A stretch of DNA of 64,000 nucleotides from an uncultured virus (IMG/VR IMGVR_UViG_3300043468_001049) (taxonomy: Duplodnaviria; Heunggongvirae; Uroviricota; Caudoviricetes), in the IMG/VR virus record IMGVR_UViG_3300043468_001049; one strand, 5' to 3'. This document shows positions 7,653 to 17,589 of this stretch, one piece after another; within the stretch, counting starts at the first letter, position 1, and each line of letters opens with the position of its first letter. The notes under the pieces were generated by a model that was not told the origin of the DNA, did not search any database, and saw only the letters and a list, made by a program, of their open reading frames with translations. The translations under genes and the position numbers were made by a program.

Positions 7653-8675
7653 ATGAGAATCATTGAAGACGTTAAGTTGGACTATAAAGATGTCCTCATC
7701 ACTCCGAAACGATCTAGTCTTTCTTCAAGAAGCGAAGTAAATCTAGAAAGAACATTTACTTTCAGAAGTGGCAATAGTTGGAAAGGTGTTCCAATTATTG
7801 CTGCCAACATGGATGGTGTTGGTACTTTCGAAATGGATTTAGAGTTCGCCAAACATAATTGTTTGGTTGCTTTGACTAAACATTATGGTGCGCCTGAATT
7901 AATTAGTCACTTTACGCGAAGATTAGATAGCACCATTTATTCTCTTGGCACTTCCAGTGAAGATTTAAAGAAATTCGATGATGTATACAATACCGTTGGA
8001 AATCGATACATGAGAGTTTGTATTGATGTTGCGAATGGTTACACACAAGCCTTTGTAAATTTCGTTCGCCATTTCCGCGACCGTTATCCTTATGTTGTAT
8101 TGATGGCAGGTAATGTCGTCACACCAGAAATGACAGAAGAACTAATTCTCGCAGGTGTTGACATCGTGAAGGTTGGTATTGGTCCTGGTTCTGTTTGCAC
8201 TACACGCAAAAAGACAGGCGTCGGCTACCCGCAGTTGAGTGCGGTTATCGAGTGTGCTGATGCTGCTCATGGTCTCAAGGGTCACATCATAGCGGATGGA
8301 GGGTGTTCCGTTCCTGGAGACGTAGTGAAAGCATTTGCTGCGGGAGCCGATTTCGTGATGCTTGGTGGAATGTTGGCAGGTCACAAGGAAGGTGGTGCAT
8401 CACCACTTGGTGGAAATAAATTCTACGGCATGAGTTCTGATACTGCAATGGATTTACATAATGGTGGTGTTGCTAATTACAGAGCATCTGAAGGCAAGAC
8501 CGTAGAGATTCCATATCGTGGCGAGGTGAAACTTACGATGCAAGATATTTTGGGTGGACTTCGTTCGGCATGTACTTATGTGGGGGCAAGTGAATTGAAA
8601 GAACTGAGCAAGCGAACTACTTTTGTTCGTGTGACTCAGCAATTGAACAATTCCTTGAGTGCATATGAGGTCTAA
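7653..8675 (+). CDS. guaC: GMP reductase
   Basis: [54 protein letters not shown]. Confidence 0.95.
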   Translation: MRIIEDVKLDYKDVLITPKRSSLSSRSEVNLERTFTFRSGNSWKGVPIIAANMDGVGTFEMDLEFAKHNCLVALTKHYGAPELISHFTRRLDSTIYSLGTSSEDLKKFDDVYNTVGNRYMRVCIDVANGYTQAFVNFVRHFRDRYPYVVLMAGNVVTPEMTEELILAGVDIVKVGIGPGSVCTTRKKTGVGYPQLSAVIECADAAHGLKGHIIADGGCSVPGDVVKAFAAGADFVMLGGMLAGHKEGGASPLGGNKFYGMSSDTAMDLHNGGVANYRASEGKTVEIPYRGEVKLTMQDILGGLRSACTYVGASELKELSKRTTFVRVTQQLNNSLSAYEV

Positions 8676-8679
8676 TAGA

Positions 8680-8901
8680 ATGGCAAGCCGCGAAGAAAAG
8701 AATAACTTCTCTATGATGATTATGAACTTGGCAATTTCAGAAAAGATTGATCATATGGATGCAATCACTTCATATTGTGAAAGAAATAATCTAGAAATTG
8801 AAGTTGCTGCTACACTAATTAATGATTCTCTTAAAAGCATCATTCAAGGTGAAGCAATGGAGTTACGATTCTTACCGAGATCAAGTAAGTTGCCTTTGTG
8901 A
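8680..8901 (+). CDS. 33: late transcription co-activator gp33
   Basis: MDAI..YCE.NN.EIE..A.LI...LK..I..EA..L..L pattern; synteny 33-59-32. Confidence 0.85.
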   Translation: MASREEKNNFSMMIMNLAISEKIDHMDAITSYCERNNLEIEVAATLINDSLKSIIQGEAMELRFLPRSSKLPL

Positions 8902-9491
8902 GTAATGTGAAGATAGAAAATTTTTTCCCCACATCAGTGTATGTGGCGGAAGATGTAGAACTGGCAGATATGATGCTGCCACTTGCGAAAAAATATCTCA
9001 GCGACGAAAGGTACGCAGCATCTACTATCTTCAAATACAAAAGCACATTCAACTATGACCCAAGTAAAAGTATTGGGAATTTAGAAGAATTTGGTTTATA
9101 TAATTCTTTTATATGCGATCATGTTCAAAACTTTAACAGAATTAAGGGTTATGATCTGATGAATATAAAATCAATCACAACCTTTGCGAGCGAAATGGTA
9201 AAAGATGACGAGCATCTGCCTCACTTCCACCCAAACTGTTCATACTCAAGTGTATTTTATTTGCAAACGCCCGAAGGATCTTCACCAATATGCTTTGATG
9301 ATTCTAGACCACATCATAGATTTATTAACAAACCAATCATAAGACATACCATGCATAATGCAAAGATATTCTCGATTCCTCCTAAAAAGGGAATGTTATT
9401 AATATTCGATGCATGGATTGAGCACTTTGTGCCGAAGAATAATTGCGCAGAAGGTAGAATTACTCTAGTCTCAAACATTTCAGATATTTAA
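8898..9491 (+). CDS. putative 2OG-Fe(II) oxygenase
   Basis: FFPT start, H.HPN...S.VFYL, P..G.LLIF..W..H.V, R.TLV.N. Confidence 0.8.
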   Translation: MSNVKIENFFPTSVYVAEDVELADMMLPLAKKYLSDERYAASTIFKYKSTFNYDPSKSIGNLEEFGLYNSFICDHVQNFNRIKGYDLMNIKSITTFASEMVKDDEHLPHFHPNCSYSSVFYLQTPEGSSPICFDDSRPHHRFINKPIIRHTMHNAKIFSIPPKKGMLLIFDAWIEHFVPKNNCAEGRITLVSNISDI

Positions 9492-9494
9492 ATC

Positions 9495-10097
9495 ATGAAC
9501 GGTTACGATTTGTATTGCATCTATCAAGCCATCAAGCTGCACTTCACGTCAGAGAGTTATAACTTCTTTCAATATGATGGCAAAACTCGAGTATCAGTAG
9601 ATGCATTTCAAAAACGTCGTGACAAGTTTCTATTCCACCGCCTTGCGCGGAAGTATCGCGACGATGAAATGGTTCCATTTCTGGTTGCTAATTTTGTACA
9701 CAGTGATGATAATTGGACCAAGTCATTGCTTGAAGACCAGGCTGAAGAAACTTATAGGGATTGGAAACGAACCACCGATTCCATGAGCAAAATCTATATT
9801 GAAGATTTACAAAAGATTTGCCCTGATCCGAAAGAGTTTAACAATCTATTTAAAGTTGAAGATGGACAATTTCCAAAATTGTTAGTGGCATTTCTCCAAA
9901 AAGATGTAACGATTGAGACTCTTGTGATTCTGAATAACATCTTCAACTTTATCCAAATTTGGGACAAGAAGATTTCAGATGATATCATCTATCCCAAAGT
10001 GTCAAGAAAGGTGCGCAAGTATGGTGCCTTCTTGAATGTGAACGTTGATAAGTATAAAACACTAACTAAAGATTATTTGGTGAATCATGCGCCTTAA
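9495..10097 (+). CDS. 59: helicase loader gp59
   Basis: Y..Y.AIKLHF....Y.FF.Y.GK, F.KR.DK..F..L, I.ETL.IL. Confidence 0.9.
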   Translation: MNGYDLYCIYQAIKLHFTSESYNFFQYDGKTRVSVDAFQKRRDKFLFHRLARKYRDDEMVPFLVANFVHSDDNWTKSLLEDQAEETYRDWKRTTDSMSKIYIEDLQKICPDPKEFNNLFKVEDGQFPKLLVAFLQKDVTIETLVILNNIFNFIQIWDKKISDDIIYPKVSRKVRKYGAFLNVNVDKYKTLTKDYLVNHAP

Positions 10098-10734
10098 GAT
10101 CTATCAATCTTTCTTCATGGGACAGCAGTTCGCTTCTCTAGATAAAATGTTCATTCCATATAACAATATGGCTAATGATAAACCAGAACTTCGAGAATAT
10201 CCAATCATACTTGATCTTTATTCTAAGAATAGACATTTTGATGGATATTGGGGGATGCTGAGTTGGAGATTTGCAGAAAAAACAAAAATTTCTGGCAAGC
10301 AACTCTATGATTCAATTTTAAATAATCCAGATTATGACGTTTATCATGTTAATCCATTTTTTGATGAGGTGACTAAATTTTCTAATCCCTTTACTCAAGG
10401 CGACTGTCATCATCCTGGAATGATTGATTTCACAAACCGTCTTTTAAACAAAATGGGATATGATATTGATATAAACAAAGAACATTTTGAAAAAGATAAT
10501 TTCATATATTGTTCTTACTACATTGGTAACAACAAATTTTGGGATCAATGGATTGTATTCTTAGAAACAGCAATCACAATAGCAAATAATGATCTTGAGT
10601 TAAATGCTTATTTGTATAATACAGGCACTAACTATAGAGAACGAATAACAATAAATTTTCCATTTGTTATCGAAAGATTGGTAAATTTATTTTTGTTCAT
10701 ATATAAAAGTGAATACAAAATTAAAAGATTGTGA
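10087..10734 (+). CDS. hypothetical protein, possibly glycan-related
   Basis: AT-rich 215 aa ORF; WG.LSWRF..KT and F..ERL motifs seen in phage glycosyltransferase-like proteins. Confidence 0.55.
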   Translation: MRLKIYQSFFMGQQFASLDKMFIPYNNMANDKPELREYPIILDLYSKNRHFDGYWGMLSWRFAEKTKISGKQLYDSILNNPDYDVYHVNPFFDEVTKFSNPFTQGDCHHPGMIDFTNRLLNKMGYDIDINKEHFEKDNFIYCSYYIGNNKFWDQWIVFLETAITIANNDLELNAYLYNTGTNYRERITINFPFVIERLVNLFLFIYKSEYKIKRL

Positions 10735-10735
10735 T

Positions 10736-10764
10736 TTTACTTTTGAGAAAAAATGATATATAAT
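10736..10764 (+). promoter_or_regulatory. sigma70-type promoter for gene 32
   Basis: TTTACT(10736)-17 nt-TATAAT(10759). Confidence 0.65.
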
Positions 10765-10832
10765 AGTATGGTAATGATGAAAAAGTGGACAAGTCGATAT
10801 ACATTTAATACAACGCTATACGGAGAATACAT

Positions 10833-11732
10833 ATGAGTCTATCAAGTCTAAAGAACAAGAGTTCATCTCTTGACAAGTTGAAGAAAGCAGTTGAGCAATC
10901 TTCAGCAGGTAATGGTGGTGGCAAGAACGTCGATGAACGTTTCTGGCAACCTGAAGTTGATGCTGCTGGCAACGGATACGCAGTTGTCCGTTTTCTCGAT
11001 ACGCCAGCCGTCGACGGTGAGGATGGTCTTCCGTGGGTCCAGATCTGGTCACATGGTTTCCAAGGTCCAGGTGGTTGGTATATTGAGAATTCTCTCACAA
11101 CTCTTGGCAAGACCGATCCTGTTTCTGAGTACAACACTGTTCTGTGGAACTCAGGTATTGAAGCAAACAAAGAAATTGCTCGCAAGCAAAAGCGCAAGTT
11201 GACGTACATTGCAAACGTTCTTGTGATCTCTGACGCCAAGCGTCCGCAAAATGAAGGCAAGGTTTTCTTGTTCAAGTTCGGAAAGAAGATTTTCGACAAG
11301 ATCAAGGAGCAACTCGAGCCACAGTTTGCTGATGAGACTCCAATGAATCCGTTTGACTTCTGGAAGGGTGCAGACTTCAAGATCAAGATTCGCAACGTTG
11401 AAGGCTATCGTAACTATGACAAGTCGGAGTTTGCTGCTCCTGCTGCATTGTACAATGGTGAAGATGCGAAGATTGAGCAGGTTTGGAAGTCGGCTCATTC
11501 ACTCAAGGATTTCTTGAAGCCTGAAAACTTCAAGTCCTATGATGAACTCAAGGCGAAGTTGGATAAGGTTCTTGGTGCTGGTGGTGTTGCTGGTGCAACT
11601 GCCAAGCGAGTTGATGATGAGGAAGCAGCCGCTCCTGTCATTCGCTCTGCTCCAGCCAAGAAAGTAACTGCTGAAAATGTCAGCGTCGATGACGACGATA
11701 TGGCGTTTTTCGAGAAGTTAGCAGCAGAGTAA
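10833..11732 (+). CDS. 32: single-stranded DNA-binding protein gp32
   Basis: DERFW.P..D..GNGYAVVRFL, HGFQGPGGWYIENSLTT, FGKKIFDKI, YRNYDKSEF; acidic tail. Confidence 0.97.
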   Translation: MSLSSLKNKSSSLDKLKKAVEQSSAGNGGGKNVDERFWQPEVDAAGNGYAVVRFLDTPAVDGEDGLPWVQIWSHGFQGPGGWYIENSLTTLGKTDPVSEYNTVLWNSGIEANKEIARKQKRKLTYIANVLVISDAKRPQNEGKVFLFKFGKKIFDKIKEQLEPQFADETPMNPFDFWKGADFKIKIRNVEGYRNYDKSEFAAPAALYNGEDAKIEQVWKSAHSLKDFLKPENFKSYDELKAKLDKVLGAGGVAGATAKRVDDEEAAAPVIRSAPAKKVTAENVSVDDDDMAFFEKLAAE

Positions 11733-11760
11733 TTTCAATTAGAAAACCGTAGATGTTTTC

Positions 11761-11786
11761 AGGGGGACTTCGGTCCCCCTTTTTTT
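11761..11786 (+). terminator. rho-independent terminator with C(UUCG)G tetraloop
   Basis: AGGGGGAC-TTCG-GTCCCCCT-TTTTTT between convergent genes. Confidence 0.9.
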
Positions 11787-13524
11787 ATCCCATATTCATA
11801 TTAGCATATGTTGCTGGATGATCGAACTCTTGAGCCAATAAACGATTGAATGTGTTCTCTTGATTATGCACTTCAATATTCTTTTTAGTAGAAGGCACAG
11901 GAATGACTTGCGTATTGTTGATTTGATTTACTGTCTGAGAAGGAATCTCAACTCTATCAGCCGATTGAATTTCAATTCTCTTTTGATTCATGTCAACAAT
12001 TTGCTGACCTTCTGCTGGCTTTGGTGGAGAAAGATTTAAATCCGTTTTTGAGATTGGTTTCAGTCCAGCAATCTCTTTTGCTTTATCAAGTTTTATCTTA
12101 AGAGAAGGATCATCAACAGCCATTCTCTCTAATTCTTGAAGAGTATATGCACCATACTTTGGAACTTGAATTGCTGTTGCGATGTCTTGAACAGACCCCT
12201 TTGATATATTCTGAATGGCTTTATTTCCAGATTCTTTTAAACTAAAATCAAGAGAGTCAAATATACCCATAGTTGGAATTGTTGCTAATCCTAATAAACC
12301 TGCAGCACCCAATAATCTTCCACGAAGCGGTAAAGGAATTTTTTGAAAAACATCTTTTATCTTTTCTGGGATTTTCTTTTTTCCACCATCTGGTGTAGGT
12401 GGTGTTGGTACTGGAGGAGTTGGAGTTGGGACTCTGTTGTTTCTTCCTGGAAGAAAAGTTGGGAAATCAAATCCATTATTTGACAATAAATCAGGATTAT
12501 CTCTAAACACTCTCTTCAAAGCATCATATAAAGTTGCATCAAGTGCTTTTTCCATGGCTCTTTGGAGAATGGCTTGCTGCTCATCAGCCTCTAAATCGAA
12601 GACGCTGTTTGGTTGTTTTTTAATGAGCGATTCTTTTAAATCCTTGACGAGCAATTCCATATCTTTTTTACGAAACATACTTTCTTCTTCAAGTAAAACT
12701 TTAATTTGTTCTACAATTGAATCAACTTCTGGATCTCCTCCAGTGAAGCGAACTGGCTTTAAGTTAGTCTCGCGAGATAGACGTTTGATTTCTGCGTCTA
12801 ATTTTCTTTGAATCTTTTTACTTGCAATTTTACCAGCAGTGCCTGTCTTACTTTTCTCATATAATTGTCTGCCTGTAGGAGCATCTGGATAATAGAGATA
12901 TTCCTTCCCTTCTTCATCAGCAACAGACAAAGGCTTCATTTGTTCTGGAATCTTTTCAAGGGATCCTCTACCTTTTGCTAGTGCTGTCAATGCATCATTT
13001 ATTGTTCCGACTAAATTATCAGCAATAGATTTAACACGACGATTTGTTGATGAGACTTCTTGACTTACCTTATCAACAGCAACTGATAAACCCATGATTG
13101 AGGATTTAATTGGCTCAAGTGCATCATTAAGTTCTTTCTTTAATCTTTGCGGTGAGAGAGTCTTTTTCTCTTTTTGTTTCTTTACACCAAACTCCTCTTC
13201 AAGAGTTTTCTTTGCTTGTTCGATTTCTTCTTTTGTATATCTTGTTTGAAATCTTTCTCTAACAATTGCAGTTAGATCTTTATTCCCAAAAACTGCTGCG
13301 GCAACAAAACGTAGAGTTTGAGATGTTGCAGTATCTTTTTTACCTGAAGCAATTTCACGGAGTTTCTTTTCTCTGCGAAATTCTTCTCGAGATCCAGTGT
13401 ATTCACTAAATGACTTCTGTGCCTCTGGACTGTAGATGTCTGATTCTACAGTCTTGACCTTCTTTTTAAGTTGATCAACTGTTTCTTTTAGTTCTTCAAT
13501 TTCTGGATCTGTTTTCTTTGCCAT
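11785..13524 (-). CDS. helical tail/baseplate protein, candidate tape measure (gp29-like)
   Basis: 579 aa coiled-coil-rich protein directly downstream of gp26-gp51; call rests on position and size only. Confidence 0.45.
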   Translation of the reverse strand: MAKKTDPEIEELKETVDQLKKKVKTVESDIYSPEAQKSFSEYTGSREEFRREKKLREIASGKKDTATSQTLRFVAAAVFGNKDLTAIVRERFQTRYTKEEIEQAKKTLEEEFGVKKQKEKKTLSPQRLKKELNDALEPIKSSIMGLSVAVDKVSQEVSSTNRRVKSIADNLVGTINDALTALAKGRGSLEKIPEQMKPLSVADEEGKEYLYYPDAPTGRQLYEKSKTGTAGKIASKKIQRKLDAEIKRLSRETNLKPVRFTGGDPEVDSIVEQIKVLLEEESMFRKKDMELLVKDLKESLIKKQPNSVFDLEADEQQAILQRAMEKALDATLYDALKRVFRDNPDLLSNNGFDFPTFLPGRNNRVPTPTPPVPTPPTPDGGKKKIPEKIKDVFQKIPLPLRGRLLGAAGLLGLATIPTMGIFDSLDFSLKESGNKAIQNISKGSVQDIATAIQVPKYGAYTLQELERMAVDDPSLKIKLDKAKEIAGLKPISKTDLNLSPPKPAEGQQIVDMNQKRIEIQSADRVEIPSQTVNQINNTQVIPVPSTKKNIEVHNQENTFNRLLAQEFDHPATYANMNMG

Positions 13525-13525
13525 T

Positions 13526-13744
13526 TTATCTCATACGTTTCTTTATTGCTCTATCAGAGGAAGATTTTTCTTTTTGCTGTCGTATTCTTTCGTTTTCTTC
13601 TTCAACGTGCTTCGCGACTAGAGAAATATAAGTCTTTCTTTCCCATGGCAGCATCGATTCTAATTCATGTAAAGAATAATTATGATACTGCATCAACGAG
13701 AAGTTGTTGAGGAAGTAACTCCTCAAACTCTCTTCACGAAGCAT
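13526..13744 (-). CDS. 51: baseplate hub assembly catalyst gp51
   Basis: NFSLMQYHNYSL.ELE.M.PWER..Y. Confidence 0.88.
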   Translation of the reverse strand: MLREESLRSYFLNNFSLMQYHNYSLHELESMLPWERKTYISLVAKHVEEENERIRQQKEKSSSDRAIKKRMR

Positions 13745-14460
13745 TATTCGAAAAAATCTAGAATACCCTCCAGAACAACATCATGTTCTTTCTTACATCT
13801 TGGACATTCAACCTTTCCTGTATAACTCAATTTTGGAATGTTATCAAAAAAGTTCTTAATTCTTCCAAATTGTTCTTGACTCAAACTGTTAATGAAATCG
13901 TCAAATTCTTTTTCATCAACATCACTCACAGGATAAGTTTGCTCTTTATCAAAAATAAATTCCGTGCACTCACGAATGATCTTAATTACCAAATCTAAAT
14001 CTCTTTCTAACTGAATCTTCTTAGCAGTTTCGAAAGTAGGATATTTCATCTTAATGCCAATATTGTCAGTCAACTGCACTACTGGATTCACATTTCCCAT
14101 CTTCGTTGTAACTTGAAGAAGGTCCACCTCCAAATCCATTTCAGCACCACACTTTCTTTCATCAACAACGTTTTGACAGACATAGGTGATTTCTACCTTT
14201 TCACCCATTGATCTTGCTCGAAGATTTAAAAAAATATTCTCAACTTCGAACATTGGCAATCTATCAAGATCAATTTCTTCCACTAAACAATTATTGATGA
14301 CTTGTTTAATCGTATCAATAATCATCTTATGTTCGTTAGATTCTAATGCCATAATAAGAAGTTTTTCTTCTTTTACAACAAAAGGTCTGAAGCGTACATC
14401 TTTGTTTTCTGATTTAAGGTGCACACTATAAATTGGCAAATCAATTTTTGGTAAAGCCAT
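13744..14460 (-). CDS. 26: baseplate hub subunit gp26
   Basis: MALPKI..P.Y, FRPFVVKEEKLL, LRARS.GE, MKYP, LEG..DFF. Confidence 0.92.
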   Translation of the reverse strand: MALPKIDLPIYSVHLKSENKDVRFRPFVVKEEKLLIMALESNEHKMIIDTIKQVINNCLVEEIDLDRLPMFEVENIFLNLRARSMGEKVEITYVCQNVVDERKCGAEMDLEVDLLQVTTKMGNVNPVVQLTDNIGIKMKYPTFETAKKIQLERDLDLVIKIIRECTEFIFDKEQTYPVSDVDEKEFDDFINSLSQEQFGRIKNFFDNIPKLSYTGKVECPRCKKEHDVVLEGILDFFE

Positions 14461-14473
14461 AACTATTCCTCAA

Positions 14474-15388
14474 TTATATACCTTCATTTGCAATCATTAT
14501 TTCGTCTACAATCGCTCTAAAATTATTTCTACTTTCTTCGTTTGCTCTAGTGATCTTTCTTTGATGTTCTCTATTTTCTACAGAAAAGAGATCGCCAGTG
14601 CTAATCAAATTAAATCTTGGCTGCTGAAGATTGATCGTATGCTGTTGCTGCAGATCTAGATATTCAGCCTCATCATTTGTTTTAAGAATTTCAGATTTCC
14701 AATAACGATAGGTTAATGTCACCTGCAATCTGTTTACTGCATCATCACCCCAGTTAGTTTGAAGCGGAGCAACTGAAACAGGATATGCTTCTAAGAGATG
14801 GCACATGAACATTGCTTGATTCAATTCGTTATACTGAGTAATCTGAACTGTACAAACATAATCTTCTCTATACTTAAAGTCAAAAGAGTATGGAGTATTG
14901 ATAATACTCATCCAAGTTTCAAAGATTTGTTTTTGAATTAGATTGTTATCGCACAATAATGTTAACGTCACATCTCCATAAGCACTCATATATGGACTTT
15001 TATAACTTGGTCCGTAAATTCTGGCGTCTGAAGTGATCAACTCTCTTCCTGGAAACTCTGCCTGCTCGCATTTAAAACTGAGAAGATTTGAGAAATCTTG
15101 TTGATTTAATTCTGAGAATAGTTTTTGTAGTTGAAAGTCAACGATAAATCTATTGCTTCGAGAAAATCCAGTAACACGATTTCTAGCCAGAAAACCTGAG
15201 ATACTAGAGAAATTTTCGTTTCTGCCTTGAGTAGTAAATTCTTCTAATCCATCAGATGTTACTGGAACATCTTGAACAACATCAGCGGCTAATGCAGCAG
15301 AATCGCTTTGTTGTTCTACGCTACCAACCGTTGTGCCATTTGTTGAATTGATGGCTGATTGAGAAATTGGTCTTACTGGATCTTCCAT
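14474..15388 (-). CDS. 54: baseplate tail-tube initiator (gp54/gp19-like)
   Basis: R.NRF.V, CE.AEFPG, FE.W...I, L.EAYP.SV, L.VT..YRYW. Confidence 0.7.
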   Translation of the reverse strand: MEDPVRPISQSAINSTNGTTVGSVEQQSDSAALAADVVQDVPVTSDGLEEFTTQGRNENFSSISGFLARNRVTGFSRSNRFIVDFQLQKLFSELNQQDFSNLLSFKCEQAEFPGRELITSDARIYGPSYKSPYMSAYGDVTLTLLCDNNLIQKQIFETWMSIINTPYSFDFKYREDYVCTVQITQYNELNQAMFMCHLLEAYPVSVAPLQTNWGDDAVNRLQVTLTYRYWKSEILKTNDEAEYLDLQQQHTINLQQPRFNLISTGDLFSVENREHQRKITRANEESRNNFRAIVDEIMIANEGI

Positions 15389-15936
15389 TACGTTTTATAC
15401 ACCATCTTTTCGGTTGGCAAAAATATTGCAGTTTCCCACTGACTAGGCTCAATATAAATTAATGACGAACGAATATGAGAATAAAGATATCGCTTCACGC
15501 ATGGCTCAATCATATTAAATCTTCTTGATTTAGACAATAAATCATAAGATAATCTAAATCTTGTAGTATCGTCGTATTTATCGTTGTTTATAAAATCCTG
15601 CAGACGATCTAATAATAGCAGACGAGTGTATGGATCAATAAAGTGTAGATTCAATCCGAGGAATCCATCTGAATACATTTCCATCGGAAGAACGAGTGGG
15701 AATTTATCCCAAACTGGAAGTTTATCTTTATATTTCGGATCGTAATGGAAGAAATACATTCTTCCCACGAATGCACGAGGGGAAATTCTGTTTGCATCGT
15801 TTAGAATGTTCGAACGATTTGATGGAATTTTAAGTTGAGATATCTTACCGAACAACCATGCTCGAGCATTTTGAGATCGAGGCGGGAATCCCGCTGCGGT
15901 CATTTCAGATTTTAATTTATCAAGTAGTGATGGCAT
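15388..15936 (-). CDS. 2: DNA end protector gp2
   Basis: GRMYFF.YDPK.K..LP.WD.FPLV, GLNLH, CVKRYL. Confidence 0.92.
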   Translation of the reverse strand: MPSLLDKLKSEMTAAGFPPRSQNARAWLFGKISQLKIPSNRSNILNDANRISPRAFVGRMYFFHYDPKYKDKLPVWDKFPLVLPMEMYSDGFLGLNLHFIDPYTRLLLLDRLQDFINNDKYDDTTRFRLSYDLLSKSRRFNMIEPCVKRYLYSHIRSSLIYIEPSQWETAIFLPTEKMVYKT

Positions 15937-16370
15937 CAGATACCTATTTCTTGTTCCGTGATTAATTTAAAGGTCCAGTTACGATCTTTACAATACTCTG
16001 ATGCAGCCTTCCATTTTGCTTCGTTTACACCCCAAGTCATAACTTCGGTGATATATCTTCGTGTGATCTTAGATTTCTTTACTGGTGGTTTAGTCTGACT
16101 TTTAGGTTTTACTTCTAAAATCATTGACTCCACAACTCCAGTTCGATTTTTTATCTTAACAAAGAAGTCTGGAAAGTATCTATGCCAGCGATTATCAACA
16201 GGCGATAAATACGGAATAACGATTTCTTCATTTGACCATTCGATCACACTTGGATTTGTGTCCAAATGCACCATGACTCGGCGTTCCCAGAGACTTCTGT
16301 ACCAGATGTTCGTAGGATCACCTAAATATTTATTGGTATTTTTCGGACTAAATTTTCCACTGTAAGCCAT
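15936..16370 (-). CDS. 4: head completion nuclease gp4
   Basis: AYSGKF.P.N..KY.GD...I.YRSLWE, WSNEE..IPY, HRYFPDF, EVKP, N.AKW. Confidence 0.93.
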   Translation of the reverse strand: MAYSGKFSPKNTNKYLGDPTNIWYRSLWERRVMVHLDTNPSVIEWSNEEIVIPYLSPVDNRWHRYFPDFFVKIKNRTGVVESMILEVKPKSQTKPPVKKSKITRRYITEVMTWGVNEAKWKAASEYCKDRNWTFKLITEQEIGI

Positions 16371-16374
16371 CAAC

Positions 16375-16382
16375 TATTTATA
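16375..16382 (-). promoter_or_regulatory. T4-type late promoter
   Basis: TATTTATA on + strand (TATAAATA on -), just upstream of gene 4. Confidence 0.75.
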
Positions 16383-16392
16383 GGACATTTTA

Positions 16393-17589
16393 ATGGCAGG
16401 ACCACTCACTCGAAGCAGTACAGGACCAGCAAAAAAAGAACGAGAGTTAGTTTTAGCTGAGCGACCAAAACAATTCGATGGTCCATTAAAGGCATTGGAA
16501 ACGTTTGAAGAAGGCGCAGAAGTTCTGACATATCCTCAAGATTTAGGTAACAACAATCAATTTAAGTATGTGATGAGATTGTTGATTTTTCGTCAAATAC
16601 GAGATGTGAATGCTGTACCAATTATAACTCCGAATACACTAGATTTTTCTAGAAAAGCATCCCAAGAAGGGAGGCTTAGAACAGATATTGTAAATCCTAC
16701 AACAGTCACTGCAGTACTTGCAGGAGCTGCAGGTGCAGTAGTTGGAAGAGTTGTTGAAGAATTTGCCTCAAAAGGTTCTCGAGCTTCTGGTGCTTTAAAC
16801 GCTGTGGGGGATGCTGCTGTCTCTGCAGCGCAACTTACAGGTGCATTTGCGGTCGCAAATGCATTTGATTCTGGATTTTCTGGAAGTCAAAACGTAGTTA
16901 CTGATCCACTCTCATATATTAATCTTTATATGCCAGATGGTCTCAATTTCGTTGATCGTCATGATTACGATGCTGTTTCTGTCACAGATGCTCTTGGTAA
17001 TTTGGGAGTTTTAGGGACAGGTTCTGTTACAGAAATTGGAGCTCGTTTGGGTGAGAATGCTCGAATTGCTGGTGTGCAATTGTTGGGGCAAAACATTACT
17101 GACTTGGCTCTTTATAACTCTGGATATGCATTAAATCCTCAACTTCAAGTATTGTTTAAGGGAAGTAAGAATAGAGAGTTTGTCTTTACCTTCAAATTTG
17201 TTCCAAGAAATGCGAATGAAGCGGAAACAATTGAAGGCATAATTCGCACGCTTCGCTATCATGCCGCTCCAAATTATCAAAGATCAGGTGAAGATGGATT
17301 GGCAGGAACTTTTTTTGGTGTTGGCGTAGGTGCAACAGACAATTCAAGATACTTTATTCCACCATCTCAATTTGAGATTGAATTTTTAGTAATGACGAAT
17401 GGCGCAGCGATACCGAATACAAAAATGCCAAGAATCGCTCAGTGCGTGCTTACAAATATTGACGTCAATTATGCTCCAAGCGGTCAATTTTCTGCGTATG
17501 AAGATTTTCAGCCAGTTGAAACCCAAGTCCAATTGACGTTTACTGAAACAATCATCCTCACCAAAGAAGATATTCAGGCTGGATACTAA
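16393..17589 (+). CDS. 48: baseplate tail-tube cap gp48
   Basis: YP.DL, I.LYMP, NP..QVLFKG...R.F.FTFKF.PRN..EA, CVLTN.DVNY.P, LTF.E. Confidence 0.85.
   Translation: MAGPLTRSSTGPAKKERELVLAERPKQFDGPLKALETFEEGAEVLTYPQDLGNNNQFKYVMRLLIFRQIRDVNAVPIITPNTLDFSRKASQEGRLRTDIVNPTTVTAVLAGAAGAVVGRVVEEFASKGSRASGALNAVGDAAVSAAQLTGAFAVANAFDSGFSGSQNVVTDPLSYINLYMPDGLNFVDRHDYDAVSVTDALGNLGVLGTGSVTEIGARLGENARIAGVQLLGQNITDLALYNSGYALNPQLQVLFKGSKNREFVFTFKFVPRNANEAETIEGIIRTLRYHAAPNYQRSGEDGLAGTFFGVGVGATDNSRYFIPPSQFEIEFLVMTNGAAIPNTKMPRIAQCVLTNIDVNYAPSGQFSAYEDFQPVETQVQLTFTETIILTKEDIQAGY

Noticed and set aside
10765..10832. Gene 32 autoregulatory pseudoknot leader as in T4
   Set aside because: The leader is A-rich but I could not identify convincing pseudoknot stems by eye
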